Source: a virus (Duplodnaviria > Caudoviricetes). From it: a stretch of 57,469 nt of DNA. Positions 25,303 through 36,700 of the stretch are shown here, piece by piece. A program made the position numbers and the translations under genes. The stretch lies in the IMG/VR virus record IMGVR_UViG_3300030102_005019, positions 1 through 57,469 of that record; one strand, given 5' to 3'. Position 1 is the stretch's first letter; every line of letters begins with the position of its first letter. The notes below the pieces were generated by a model. It was not told the DNA's origin, did no database searches, and was given only the letters and a program-made list of their open reading frames with translations.

Positions 25303-27024
25303 ATGTGGAATAAAGACTGGAAAAAAGGAGAAGACTACCCTAGCTGGGGTGAAACTGATGTTTATAAAAAAACAATTGGTGGTGGTTACCTGCTTAATGG
25401 TGAAACACCTAAAGACGCGTATATGCGCGTGTGTACGAATGTGGCTAAACGTTTAGAACGACCAGAAATGGCTGAAACATTTTTTAAATATGTTTGGAAA
25501 GGTTGGCTATGTTTAGCTTCACCTGTATTGTCAAATACTGGTACAGATCGCGGTTTACCTATATCCTGTTTTGGTATAGATGTAGGAGACAGTGTTTATG
25601 AAATAGGTATAAAAAACCTAGAAATGATGTTACTCGCAAAGCACGGCGGCGGAGTTGGCATCGGTATAAATATGATTAGGCCGGCCGGAGCAAAAATAAA
25701 AGGAAATGGAACATCTGATGGAACTGTGCCGTTTTGTAAAATTTACGACAGCACAATACTCGCAACGAATCAAGGATCTGTCCGAAGAGGAGCTGCAAGC
25801 GTTAACATTAATATTGACCACCCCGATTTTGAAGAGTGGTTGGAAATACGCGAACCTAAAGGAGACGTTAATCGTCAATCGCTCAACCTACACCAGTGCG
25901 CTGTGGTCGGCGATAAGTTCATGCGAAAGCTTGATGCAGGAGATAAAGACGCAAGAAGACTATGGGGAAAGCTATTACAAAAGCGAAAAGCAACTGGAGA
26001 GCCTTATATCTTATTTAAGGGAAATACAAACAAGGGTAATCCAGCAGCTTACAGAAAACACGGTTTAAAAGTGCACATGACAAACATATGCTCTGAGATA
26101 ACATTACACACTGATGAATCTCATAGTTTTGTTTGCTGCCTTTCATCATTAAATTTAGCCAAATATGATGAATGGAAAAACACTAATCTAGTATATGATA
26201 GTATATGGTTTTTAGATGGAGTGTTAGAAGAGTTTATACAAAAATCAAAAGGTAAAGTTGGCTTTCATAATTCTGTTAGATCTGCTGAAAAAGGTAGGGC
26301 TTTAGGATTAGGAGTTCTTGGTTGGCATACATATCTACAAGAACAAGGTTTACCATTTGAAGGTTTATTATCACAATATGAAACGAGAAGAATATTTAGT
26401 CAAATTAAGATTGAAAGCGAGCGAGCCTCTATGGCATTGGCTGAGGCGTTCGGAGAACCCCTTTGGTGTCGTGGCTCTGCTATGCGTAACACTCATTTAC
26501 GCGCTATTGCTCCTACTGTCAGCAATAGCAAACTCAGTGGAAACGTTTCACCCGGCATTGAGCCGTGGGCTGCAAACGTATTTACTGAACAAAGCGCAAA
26601 GGGTACGTTTATACGGAAGAATCCTACGCTTCAAAAGGTATTAAAGAAAAATAAAATAGACACACAAAAAGTTTGGAACAAGATACTAAAAGATGGTGGA
26701 TCTGTTCAGGGTGTAAAAGAATTAGAAAAAGTTACTGTAGGTAAATTTGATACACCAGCTAAAGAAGTATTTAAAACGTTCAAAGAAATAAATCAACTAG
26801 AGTTAGTTAATCAGGCTGGTATAAGACAACAATATATAGATCAGTCTGTTTCTTTGAACTTAGCTTTTCCGTCCGTAGCTACGCCAAAATGGATTAATAA
26901 AGTCCACATGGAAGCTTGGAAAAAAGGTATTAAGACTTTGTATTATATGCGTACTGAGTCAGTACTTAGGGGAGATATTGCTGAACAAGCAATGGATGAA
27001 AACTGTTTAGCGTGTGACGGGTAA
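25303..27024 (+). CDS. nrdA: Ribonucleotide reductase class Ia alpha subunit (no ATP cone)
   Basis: ASPVLSN, ISCF, GGGVG, RRGA, TNICSEI, APTVS, DQSVS, KTLYY and C-terminal CLACDG. Confidence 0.93.
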   Translation: MWNKDWKKGEDYPSWGETDVYKKTIGGGYLLNGETPKDAYMRVCTNVAKRLERPEMAETFFKYVWKGWLCLASPVLSNTGTDRGLPISCFGIDVGDSVYEIGIKNLEMMLLAKHGGGVGIGINMIRPAGAKIKGNGTSDGTVPFCKIYDSTILATNQGSVRRGAASVNINIDHPDFEEWLEIREPKGDVNRQSLNLHQCAVVGDKFMRKLDAGDKDARRLWGKLLQKRKATGEPYILFKGNTNKGNPAAYRKHGLKVHMTNICSEITLHTDESHSFVCCLSSLNLAKYDEWKNTNLVYDSIWFLDGVLEEFIQKSKGKVGFHNSVRSAEKGRALGLGVLGWHTYLQEQGLPFEGLLSQYETRRIFSQIKIESERASMALAEAFGEPLWCRGSAMRNTHLRAIAPTVSNSKLSGNVSPGIEPWAANVFTEQSAKGTFIRKNPTLQKVLKKNKIDTQKVWNKILKDGGSVQGVKELEKVTVGKFDTPAKEVFKTFKEINQLELVNQAGIRQQYIDQSVSLNLAFPSVATPKWINKVHMEAWKKGIKTLYYMRTESVLRGDIAEQAMDENCLACDG

Positions 27025-27027
27025 TAA

Positions 27028-27100
27028 ATAGAGTGTGGCATGGGTTTTCGTTACTTGGTAGAGCGCACGAGGCGTTCGGGTAATTTTTGTCACACTTTGT
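27028..27100 (+). terminator. Structured element at the convergent early/late junction
   Basis: GAGTGTGGCA/TGTCACACTT outer stem with TTACTTGG/TCGGGTAA and GAGCGC/GCGTTC inner stems. Confidence 0.5.
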
Positions 27101-27499
27101 TTATTTTCTTGGTTCTTTAATAGTTGCTGAATTAGAGGATCTATCTGAGCTTGGAACAGATTTGGGATTAGGCGTTTGACCATAGCTGTTTTTACTACTA
27201 CCAGCACTACTACTACTATTATTACTACCTCTATAAGAAGATCCGCTGTAACTATAATCATAACTCCTTACATGATTATGTGGATATGGATGATAGTAGG
27301 GGTACCAACTACGACTGTATCCATAATTTATAATCCTGTAATTAATAGGCCTTACAACATCAATAGGTAATTTTAAAGTATCACCTTCTTGTGTTACAGC
27401 TAATACGTGTGTTATTTGTATTTTAGGTTTTGGTTGTTGTACTACGCAACTAGTGACAAGTACAGCTACCGCAAAAAGGACAATTTTCCATATTTTCAT
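27101..27499 (-). CDS. Lipoprotein (o-spanin candidate)
   Basis: Signal peptide with lipobox LVTSC; Ser/Tyr/Pro low-complexity tail. Confidence 0.55.
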   Translation of the reverse strand: MKIWKIVLFAVAVLVTSCVVQQPKPKIQITHVLAVTQEGDTLKLPIDVVRPINYRIINYGYSRSWYPYYHPYPHNHVRSYDYSYSGSSYRGSNNSSSSAGSSKNSYGQTPNPKSVPSSDRSSNSATIKEPRK

Positions 27500-27756
27500 T
27501 TTTTATTTTTTTCTACTATAGATTTTATAGTATCAAGTAAACCTTTTTGAAAAGCCGCCATAGGAGCATCTGCTGTTTTGAAAAACACAGGTAGTTTACC
27601 ATAAGATTTTTGTGACATAGTGTCAATTTGTGCTTGTGTAAATTTTATTCTAGGAACATCACCTGGCCCTTTAAATCTTTTATTTACAATACTGTCACCT
27701 CTAAAAGGCCCTATAGTATCATTTTCTCTAGAACCCTGTTTCATTTTATAATTCAT
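27496..27756 (-). CDS. Hypothetical protein
   Basis: ATGA overlaps on both sides. Confidence 0.55.
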   Translation of the reverse strand: MNYKMKQGSRENDTIGPFRGDSIVNKRFKGPGDVPRIKFTQAQIDTMSQKSYGKLPVFFKTADAPMAAFQKGLLDTIKSIVEKNKK

Positions 27757-28217
27757 ATAACTTTGTATTTTGTTTTATTATTTTCGTCTTTATATGCTAA
27801 CAAACATCTATTTCTATTAGCTTCTTCGTTTACATAACTTACATGTACCCAGTCAGGGTTATCAGAGTTTCCAAACTCCCATATCATTTGGTCGAACGAT
27901 AAGTTATTTTTTATATATTCAAACATTTGAGCGTTTGTCATATATCCATAATTATCGTCAATATCCATTGCTCTTCCTTCACAATGTTGTGATTTACTAC
28001 TTCCGCCAATTGCTTTATTAAGTTCGGGTCCGCGATAAAACGAATTAATTTTTATAGGACCGTTTACGTGCTTTCTAAGAGGTTCAAATATTTTTTCTGC
28101 TAATAATTCCATGTTAGCTAAATGATTCTTTGTAGGATCATTATTTAAACCTAACCGCAAAGCAGTTATGCTGTACACACCTTCCTTGTATGTAACATGT
28201 TCACTTATATTTTTCAT
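27753..28217 (-). CDS. Endolysin, peptidase M15 family
   Basis: SFYR..LNKAIGGS..SQHCEGRAMD..WVHVSY Zn-peptidase motifs. Confidence 0.85.
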   Translation of the reverse strand: MKNISEHVTYKEGVYSITALRLGLNNDPTKNHLANMELLAEKIFEPLRKHVNGPIKINSFYRGPELNKAIGGSSKSQHCEGRAMDIDDNYGYMTNAQMFEYIKNNLSFDQMIWEFGNSDNPDWVHVSYVNEEANRNRCLLAYKDENNKTKYKVI

Positions 28218-28220
28218 TTA

Positions 28221-28547
28221 TTATTTGTTTTCAAATAATACTTGATTAATTCTATTTTGAATTACTTCTTTTTCTAGAATTAATTTAAAATTTAACCCAG
28301 CTGCCCATTGGCCTAGGGGTCTACCGTTTTTGTCTAATAACACAACGGTTGGAACTGATCTAATGCTTTGTTTTAAACTTGCTTTTTGATCTTCTAATCT
28401 TGCCATAATTACTTTAGCATGACGAATACCTCTTAAGTCGTAATCATTTGATTCATTCCATTTTGCATTAACATGTAATAATGTTAATTCTTGTGAGCTT
28501 GCTGTAAAAGCAAACATCAATAATATAATTGTAATTAAATTTCTCAT
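28221..28547 (-). CDS. Secreted thioredoxin-fold-like protein without CxxC
   Basis: Signal peptide ending ASS-Q; NAKW and IRSVPTVVLLDKNG (cis-Pro region). Confidence 0.55.
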   Translation of the reverse strand: MRNLITIILLMFAFTASSQELTLLHVNAKWNESNDYDLRGIRHAKVIMARLEDQKASLKQSIRSVPTVVLLDKNGRPLGQWAAGLNFKLILEKEVIQNRINQVLFENK

Positions 28548-28849
28548 CTTGTGATTTCGTAAATTTTATCTGAATTCTTTTTTATTTCTTCTCGGTTTTC
28601 TTTTATATCTTCTTTTAGCAGTTCTGTAGACGCCTCTATCTGTATAATGGTCGAGCGAATCAACTCGTCTTTAAGTTTGAATTCCATTTGCTTTACAAAC
28701 TCCTCAGGATTATTCTGATTTTGTAATTCTTTTATATCTGCTTGTAAAGTAAACCACATACCCGCTAAAGCTATTGCTCCTCCAACGATCATTCCAATCG
28801 TTTTTAGGTCTAATTGTACTTGAGTATCTTCTCCAATTTGTGTTGCCAT
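28544..28849 (-). CDS. TM + coiled-coil protein (paralog of 30383-30685)
   Basis: MATQIGEDTQVQLDLKTIGMIVGGAIALAGMWF...KDELIR. Confidence 0.65.
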   Translation of the reverse strand: MATQIGEDTQVQLDLKTIGMIVGGAIALAGMWFTLQADIKELQNQNNPEEFVKQMEFKLKDELIRSTIIQIEASTELLKEDIKENREEIKKNSDKIYEITR

Positions 28850-28853
28850 ATTT

Positions 28854-30044
28854 TTATCTAAATGTAAAGTTTACGCCTACAGAAGAATTATAAATTTCTG
28901 AATCCCAGAATTTAGTATATTCTCCTTCGGCAAATATTCCTATTGCTTTGCTTAATTTCCAGCCAAATATTATTCCAGCTTGGTAATCGTCCCATTGTTC
29001 TAGTTCTGAATCTTTTTTCAAACCACCTTTACCCCAATTGTTACGATTTAAATAACTTACGTTTTCATCACCAACAACGTATTTGTGATAAGGTAATATA
29101 TAGTTACCATAAGCGTGAAGCCAAAAGTTAGATCTATAGTGGTAAAAATCAAAACCAACAACAGGTGCAACCTCACCAAAAGCATCTAATAAATCCCACT
29201 GTTCTCTGTTATATAAGTTCATAAGATCGCCAAATATAGAGTTTCTAAAATCTCTATCACTCCAAGCTACAACCTTGCCATTACTATCTTTCCATATCCA
29301 GTCATATCTTTCTTCACCCGTGTTTATATCTGTGTATTTTGTAAAATTATCAGTATAACCATATTCATATCCTAAACTATACCATGGATTTTTTGGGTAT
29401 TCATTACCAAAGTCATCAACTTCAGTTTCATTTAACCATATTTCTATAGGGTTATATCCATAAGGTGTTTGATGTGTACGGTATATTGCTCCTGCAGATA
29501 AGCTGAACTTTTAACCTATTGGTAATCTAGCCCTAACTTCTGCTGATTGATATTTAAAACCAACATTACCCTGTTCTCTTTGTTCTAATTTTACAATGTG
29601 ATATTTACCCACATGTCTAATAAAAAATCTTGAATTAAAAAATTCTTCACCCCTATCACGTTCTTTTTCATAATGAAATAAATATTCTAAACCTTTTACA
29701 GATGATGTTGGCGCTGATAATGATTTGTTGTTTTCAGTACCATCATAATAGCTTTTACCTTTCACCTCATACCCAAATCTCGCTAGTTTTCTAAAACCAA
29801 CACCAATACGGTAATCCATTGGATAATATTCTGTTACATCAATAACTCTAGGTATACTATATAGATCTCCATCAGCCGGTCTTTCAACAAAGTAATCTTT
29901 ATATGTTTGTTCGTACGCGTTAGAAGCATCACCTGCTACATAAAACGTTCCGTATTTTAAAAAGTCTTTATATAACTCTTTTAAAAACTGTGCATTTGAA
30001 TTAAATGAAATTAATAAACAAAGTACTAATAATAGTTTTTTCAT
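28854..30044 (-). pseudogene. Outer-membrane beta-barrel-like protein interrupted by a single in-frame TAA (29511-29513)
   Basis: ORFs 29511-30044 and 28854-29222 share a frame and the 96 codons between them are open; signal peptide; C-terminal SSVGVNFTFR beta-signal-like motif. Confidence 0.7.
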
Positions 30045-30047
30045 ATG

Positions 30048-30383
30048 TTAAAATGTGTTTTCTAAAATTTCGTTAATAGCGTTTTCTATTTTATCTATTG
30101 TATTTTCAGGTAGTTTTAATGTAACACCTGATTCTATTTTTAATATTTCTTCACCATTATGAAACAATATAATAGTTGGTATGTATATTATCTCTTCTTT
30201 TGTAAAATGATCACTGTGTTTGCTTAAGTAAAATAAATGTGTATTATGATCATCAAACTTTTTTAATGATATTTCATTGTCTTTTACAAACTCAGCGCTA
30301 AATTGTACTACTGATATACCGTCTTTATATTGTGAATAACCTGTTAGTGTAAATAATAATAATAGTATTTTTAAATATTTCAT
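30048..30383 (-). CDS. Secreted thioredoxin-fold-like protein without CxxC
   Basis: Signal peptide ending GYS-Q; VVQFSAEF and IIYIPTIILFHNGEE. Confidence 0.55.
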   Translation of the reverse strand: MKYLKILLLLFTLTGYSQYKDGISVVQFSAEFVKDNEISLKKFDDHNTHLFYLSKHSDHFTKEEIIYIPTIILFHNGEEILKIESGVTLKLPENTIDKIENAINEILENTF

Positions 30384-30685
30384 TAGTTACGAGAAATTTC
30401 ATAAAGTCTTTCATCTAACTTTTCTAATGTTATTTTCATAGACTCTACATCAGATTTTATTGCCTCTACATCCTTTTGAGTTAATTCAATTGTTTTACGT
30501 ATCATTTCGTCTTTATATTTGAATTCAACCTCACTTACAGGTGCTTCAGGTAGTTTTTTAGCTTCTTCTATATCAGCAGCCATAACAAAATACATGCTAG
30601 CTAAAGATATCGCACCGGCAACAATTATTCCTATTGTTTTAAGATCTAATTTTAATTGAGTGTTTTCGGATATTTCTGTTGCCAT
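30383..30685 (-). CDS. TM + coiled-coil protein (paralog of 28544-28849)
   Basis: MATEISENTQLKLDLKTIGIIVAGAISLASMYF...KDEMIR. Confidence 0.65.
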   Translation of the reverse strand: MATEISENTQLKLDLKTIGIIVAGAISLASMYFVMAADIEEAKKLPEAPVSEVEFKYKDEMIRKTIELTQKDVEAIKSDVESMKITLEKLDERLYEISRN

Positions 30686-30730
30686 GCTTTATACTTGTAT
30701 AATATATTGATTACTTATTTTTGTGTTTTT

Positions 30731-33700
30731 TTAATTATTATATTTTCTTTTGTTATATGGGCTTTTGTATCCCTTATTAAGATTATAAGTAGGTCTTTTA
30801 GGTTTACCTTTTGATTTTTTCTTTTTTAAAGCAGCAACAGAATCATCTGGTTCAAAATCTATATTCCACCTATTCCAACCACCTAATAAAGCTATTTTTT
30901 GCCAAATTTCAGTTTCACTATCAAGAGCGTCTTTAATGTTTCTAACTTTATTTAATAACCTATCAGCAGGAATATTAGCAAAAGAACCAGCCGCTGTTAC
31001 AACGTCTAGCGCTGGGTTTTCAACAGATAATCCCATTTCTTTATAATATTTCCAATTATATTCATGACCTCTTGCTGCTCTAATAAATTGATTTGATTTT
31101 ATACCTATTGCAGGAGAAACGTTTAGTGCTTCTATTAATAATCCTGATCTATCAAATCTACCCTCACCTGATCTCATTTTTTGATCTTCTTGTATAAACT
31201 TTAAAGCAACGTTTTTACCTGTAGCTAAAATTGCCCCATATATACCTATACCTCTTAAAAATGTATCTACCATCCTATTTCCAACTGTCGTCAATTGTTT
31301 TTGTTCTCTTTTCTCTTCCTCTTCATTTTTGTCATCATCTTTAGGGAATAGTTGTGAAAATAAAGCGTTTTGTAAAGCATTAAACATTACGTTTTGTAAA
31401 ACAACATAATACATTATTATTGATAGATTTTTTCTTTTACTTCCTCTACCAGCTCTAAAATCTTGTAATGCTTTTACTGTTTTTCTAGTATACTGCATTG
31501 GTGTGTTTTGAAAAGCTAAAAATATTCTACCAACAACATCAGTTTGTTGTTTTGACAATCTATCAGCTCTGGCAGACTGTTGTGTTTCTTCTGTTATTTC
31601 TTGAAAATCACTAAAAGCAAGTTCTTCAGCTACTTTAGGGTCTTTTCCTTTTTTAATATAACTGTTAACTCTGTTTCTAAAAAAAGTAGCACCACCAGCT
31701 GATATTGCAAAAGCATCACCAGCTCTTGTAAATGCAAAACCTTTTTGTAGCATAGTACCTAATAAACTTTGGAAACCTGTTTTATTTCTAATAGCTTCAG
31801 CTATTTCAGCTTCTTGTACATCGGTCCTAAGACCACCTCTTCGTTCTTTTAAGTAATCTGAGTTATATAAATATAAAAAGTCTTTTGCCCATTGTTTTGT
31901 ATCTGCAAAAGCAGCAGAAGCTTTAAATATATTATTATCTGAAAAGTTTATATAGTTAAAAGTAGATATTGTTTGTAGTAAAGCTGATCTTGTGTTAAAA
32001 AACATAGTAACAGCAACAGATCCTCTAATCCAGTTTAAAAAATTATTTATGGTTTTATTAGTACCAACAGGCCTTGATCTTCCAGTTTCCATCCTGTTTA
32101 GTATATCTTTTAATGCGCTTACATAATCGTTACCAAATGTAGCTCTAATTTTATTCATATTGTTTTTAGAAAATATTTGTTCTTTATTTTCTATCCACTC
32201 TTTTAAATATAATTTTCTCGATGTTTCATCTATAGATCTTAAAAAATCTTGTTGTACACTTCCTGCTAACCAACTTTTATCATCAGGGTTTATCCACGTA
32301 TCACCTTGTGGATGTTGCATTATACTACTTAATTGACTTGCATACTTTAAAAGCGTTGGATCACCTAAAACAACACCTTGTAGCTTAGCAACTGTTTGTT
32401 CGTTTTCTATACCAGGTATTTTATAACCTGATTTTGTATATAAATAAACTCGTAATGCTTGATCTTTATTATACCCTAGAACACCGGAGTCTTCGTTTAA
32501 TGTTTTTTGAAAACCTTTGTTGTCTTTTAAAAACTGTTTATACTTAGCACTTTTAGCTTGTCTTGACGTATTTAACATCATAATAGCTTTACCAAAAGGC
32601 CTTACAAGTTTTTTGTCGAAAAAGTCTAATTGTCTTTCGCCTAATGAACCTTTACCTAGCATTGAATATAATAAACCTAAAAAGTCATTAGCGCTAGGTG
32701 GTATAATGTTTCTTATTTTCTTTCTTGTAACTGCAAGGCGAGAAGAAGTAGCTGTATCAATAATATCTCCTTTTTCATATCTAGTATCTTTCAAAGATAA
32801 TATTTCAGCCATCTTTTCTTCTAAAGGTGTTTTCTCTATATCAAAATCATCTTTTACTTTACTAAATTGTTCGTCAGGATTTGTATTTTTCTTTACATTA
32901 TCAATTGATTCTTGTTGTGATATGTTTGGTGCTTGTTGTAGCATGTTTGTTGGTACAAAGCCAGCTTTATAGGCATCACTATTTAAAATTGTTTCTTTAC
33001 CAGATAAAATATCAAATATTAATTGTTTACCTAGGTTGCTATTAGTTTTGTAGCTTTCTAAAGAATATCTTGTTTTTTCTTGTTTTAATATTGTTAGATC
33101 TAATGAAGCTAAACTATTTATACCACCTATAGACGATGTATCGAAATCAGTTGTTTTAATTACAAATAACAATCTGTTTTTTCTTTCTTGTTTAGTATCA
33201 CCAGCTTTTATAAATGCCATTTTATATAAATTAATAAGGTTAAACAAGGCATTGTTTTGTTCTCTTATTTTAGCATCTTTCTGTTTTACTATTGCAGCAA
33301 GTTTTTTATCGTAACTTATCTTATCGTTATTTAATACTTTTCTTATATCATTTAATGTTGTAATATTACCTTCGCCTTTTACCCAATCATTTAATCTATT
33401 TATAAAATTAACTTGGTTTTGATCTAAATTACCTTCAGCTTTTAATTTATTCTTTGAAATAAAATTATCAACTTGTTGTTCAGATAAAGTTATACTTTCA
33501 ATACTTTTTCTATCTCTTAGTATTTTACCGTTTTTATCAACAAGTACTTTGTCATCTGATATATATAGATCATGTGTAACTTGATATAAAGAGTTTATAC
33601 CTTGAAAACCTGTTATTGCTTTAGCTAATCCTTTGTTGTCTTTAAATACATCTGGTAAACTATTTAAAAACTTTTCTTGATATTTTTGTGTTTTAACAAG

Positions 33701-36700
33701 ATTATCATAATCCCACTGTTGTGAGTTGTTTTTATATTTATAAGACATAAAAGCTTTATAATCTTCTCTATTAAGAGTTATGTCATATATTTTATTTGCA
33801 GCGTCTAAAAGTTCTTCATTTTCAAACATGGTTTTTGTAAACCTTTTTAGTTCTGATTTTTCAAAAATCATTTTTTGTAACTCAGGTAATACAAAATCAA
33901 AATCACCTTCTTGACTAAACTGATATTGTGATTTACCTGCAGAAATATTATTTATTGCATTAGGATTTATACCTAACTCTTGCATACGTATTCTTACTTC
34001 TGTATTTATAGCTGCTCTTATAGCAAAGTTTAATATACCTTTTAATCTTTGTGCTTCTGGACTTTGACCATCAAAAAGTTTACCTCTTGCGTCAACTGAT
34101 ATAGGACTGCCATCTGGATTCATACCTGCAACCCTAAGATATTTATTTCTAAACGATTCACTAACAACCGTTTCACCTTGTTCATTTACCTCAAAAGCAT
34201 TATCAGGTAAAACGTATTGTGGATTACCTTGTGCATCTTCAACTCTTCCTGTGCCTAATCTATATGCAACATACAGGTCTAATCCAAACTTTTTATCATT
34301 AATTATTTTAGTAGGTATTCTAACAGATTTACCTTGTACACCAAGATCTGCGTCTTGTACAACACTAGTATATTTAGGTAAAAGTTTTATAAATGAATCT
34401 ACTATAGGGTATATAAACTCTTGTATTTTTATAGCTTCACCTTTACCTAAGTTATCTTTAAAATTTGTTATTTTATTTGGCTTTATACCTATTTTTTGTG
34501 CAAAAGAATTTACAACCTCTTCTAATAATGGTACTTTAGAATATGTTAATTGACTAACGTTCATGTTGTCAATATTATCTACAACTGCTTTTTTAGTCTC
34601 TTTTTGAACATTTAAAAGCTTTGATGGTATTATTGAATCAGGATCAATCTCTTCTACACCTCTTTTAGTATCAAACTCAGAAAAATCTTCTTCAGTTCTA
34701 GCTTCATTAGCAACAAATCCAACTTCACCAGCTTCTATATCTAACCTATTAGCGGCGGTTTTTTTGTATTGTTTTGTTATTTTACCTTTATTATAGTTTA
34801 GGTTAGCGTTAATCCAACCCATTAAACTATCATTTTGTTCAGGATTAAAACGCATTAATACCCCAGTCATTTCTAATTTAACATCTTCAACAAATGTTTC
34901 TATAGGTTTACCATGTACGTTTTTGCCTATAATACCACGTTTTATTAAATGATCTAGTTTATTACCTTGTATTATAGCGTTATAAGCTTTACTAATACCA
35001 CCTTCATCCCACTCTTTTTTACTTACAACATATGCACCGCTACCGTCTTTTTCACCAACCAAATCATCTATTACTTTATTAGCCTGTTCGTAGTCAAAAC
35101 TACCATCTTCTAATTCGAACTCATCTCTTACTTCTGAAAACTGTTTTCTTTTCTTTTTAAGCTCTTTTGCAAGTTTTGTTTTATCAATAGCATCCAAAAC
35201 TTTTTGTGAAACCTCGTTGTTTTGTGCTGACTTACTATATTCAGTTAAAAAGTTAAATACTTGATCAGAATTAGCAAAACCTATTTCTAAATCGTATTGT
35301 TTAAAGAAACTTTTAATGAAATCATAAAGTTTTTCTAAAACTGTTTTGTCAAGAGATAATTCTTGTTTAGCCAAAGCATCGGTAAAAACGTTAAAATATT
35401 CAGTATCATATTTTCCACTTTCAATACCATAACCCCTGCTCTCCATAATAGCATCCATTTCTGATACTTGCCTAGATGTTAATCTTTTTTTAACACCCTC
35501 AACCATTTTACCTTGTTGTTTTTTATTACCTATTTGTGAGTTTATTATAGGGTGTAGCACTTCATGTGCACCTATATTTATTTGAAAAGTATCTTTAGCG
35601 GCTTGTTTATTAAAATATATTTGACCGTTAACGTATACGCCACCTATATTTTTAACCTCTTGTTCTGTTTTACCAAGTATATCAGCAAACTCTTTGTTTG
35701 TTTCTATATCTTGTGACTTTATACCTAAAGCTTCGCCCATTTTAGCACCAAAGCTTGTACTTTTATCTATTATCATTTCAACACCTTGATCTTCTGATAA
35801 AATACCTTTAATTCTTAAAACATTAGAATTAAATTGATCTTTAGCTGCTTTTAGATAAACGTTATATTCGTCTTTTGTAATTTCTTTGTTTTGAAGTTTT
35901 TGATCAAGTTCTTGTAGTTTTATTACTTGACTTTGTGTTTCTTGATTTATGTCAGATATTCTTTTTTGATTTTCTTCTGACAAGTTATTTATTTTAGCGT
36001 TTGATCTACCAACAAGTATTTCAATATTTGCTTTTGCAGTGTCTATATTGTCTTGCGCCTTTTGTCTAACTGAATTATCTTCAGACTCATTTAACACCCT
36101 GCTATTATAAACTAAAGCATTAAAGTTTCTTTGTATTTCATTTGACTCTTTAGTAGATCGTACAGCCGGTCCAGCTGAAATTAAATTTTTTGATGCTCTT
36201 GCACCTCCACCTCCAACAAAACCTTGTAGTAAATTTTCATAAGCATCTTGTTCAGTCAACATTTTTACTAATGTTTCTTTTACCACTTCACCAGATGATT
36301 TACCTTCTGCTATTAATTTGTTTGCTTCAGTAAGCCCATATTGTTTCCACTCTGTTAAAGCTTCAACTGTTCCAACCTCTGCAATATCTAATATTTTTTT
36401 TGTTAATTTTCCAGCGCCTTTACTAGCTAACATACCAGAACCACCTTTTAGTATTTTTCCAATACCTATGTTTTCAAGTAATGATTGACTAAATCCTATT
36501 ATAGCAGGTGTTTTTGTTTCAGCGTCACCAGATTTTATTAAATCAGATAAAGACATGTTTTTTTGCTTGGCTAACTCTTCATTATAATTCAAATAATTTT
36601 CTGCCATAAAATCAAAAAAGAAACCACTACCAAAAGTTGTTACTCCATATGCTATAGAACCAATAGCGTTTATAACAGCGTCGATACCCGCTGCAACAAC

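Noticed and set aside
29511-29513. Stop-codon reassignment (alternative genetic code)
   Set aside because: Only one interrupted gene was found; TAA, TAG and TGA end genes normally and long genes are intact in code 11.
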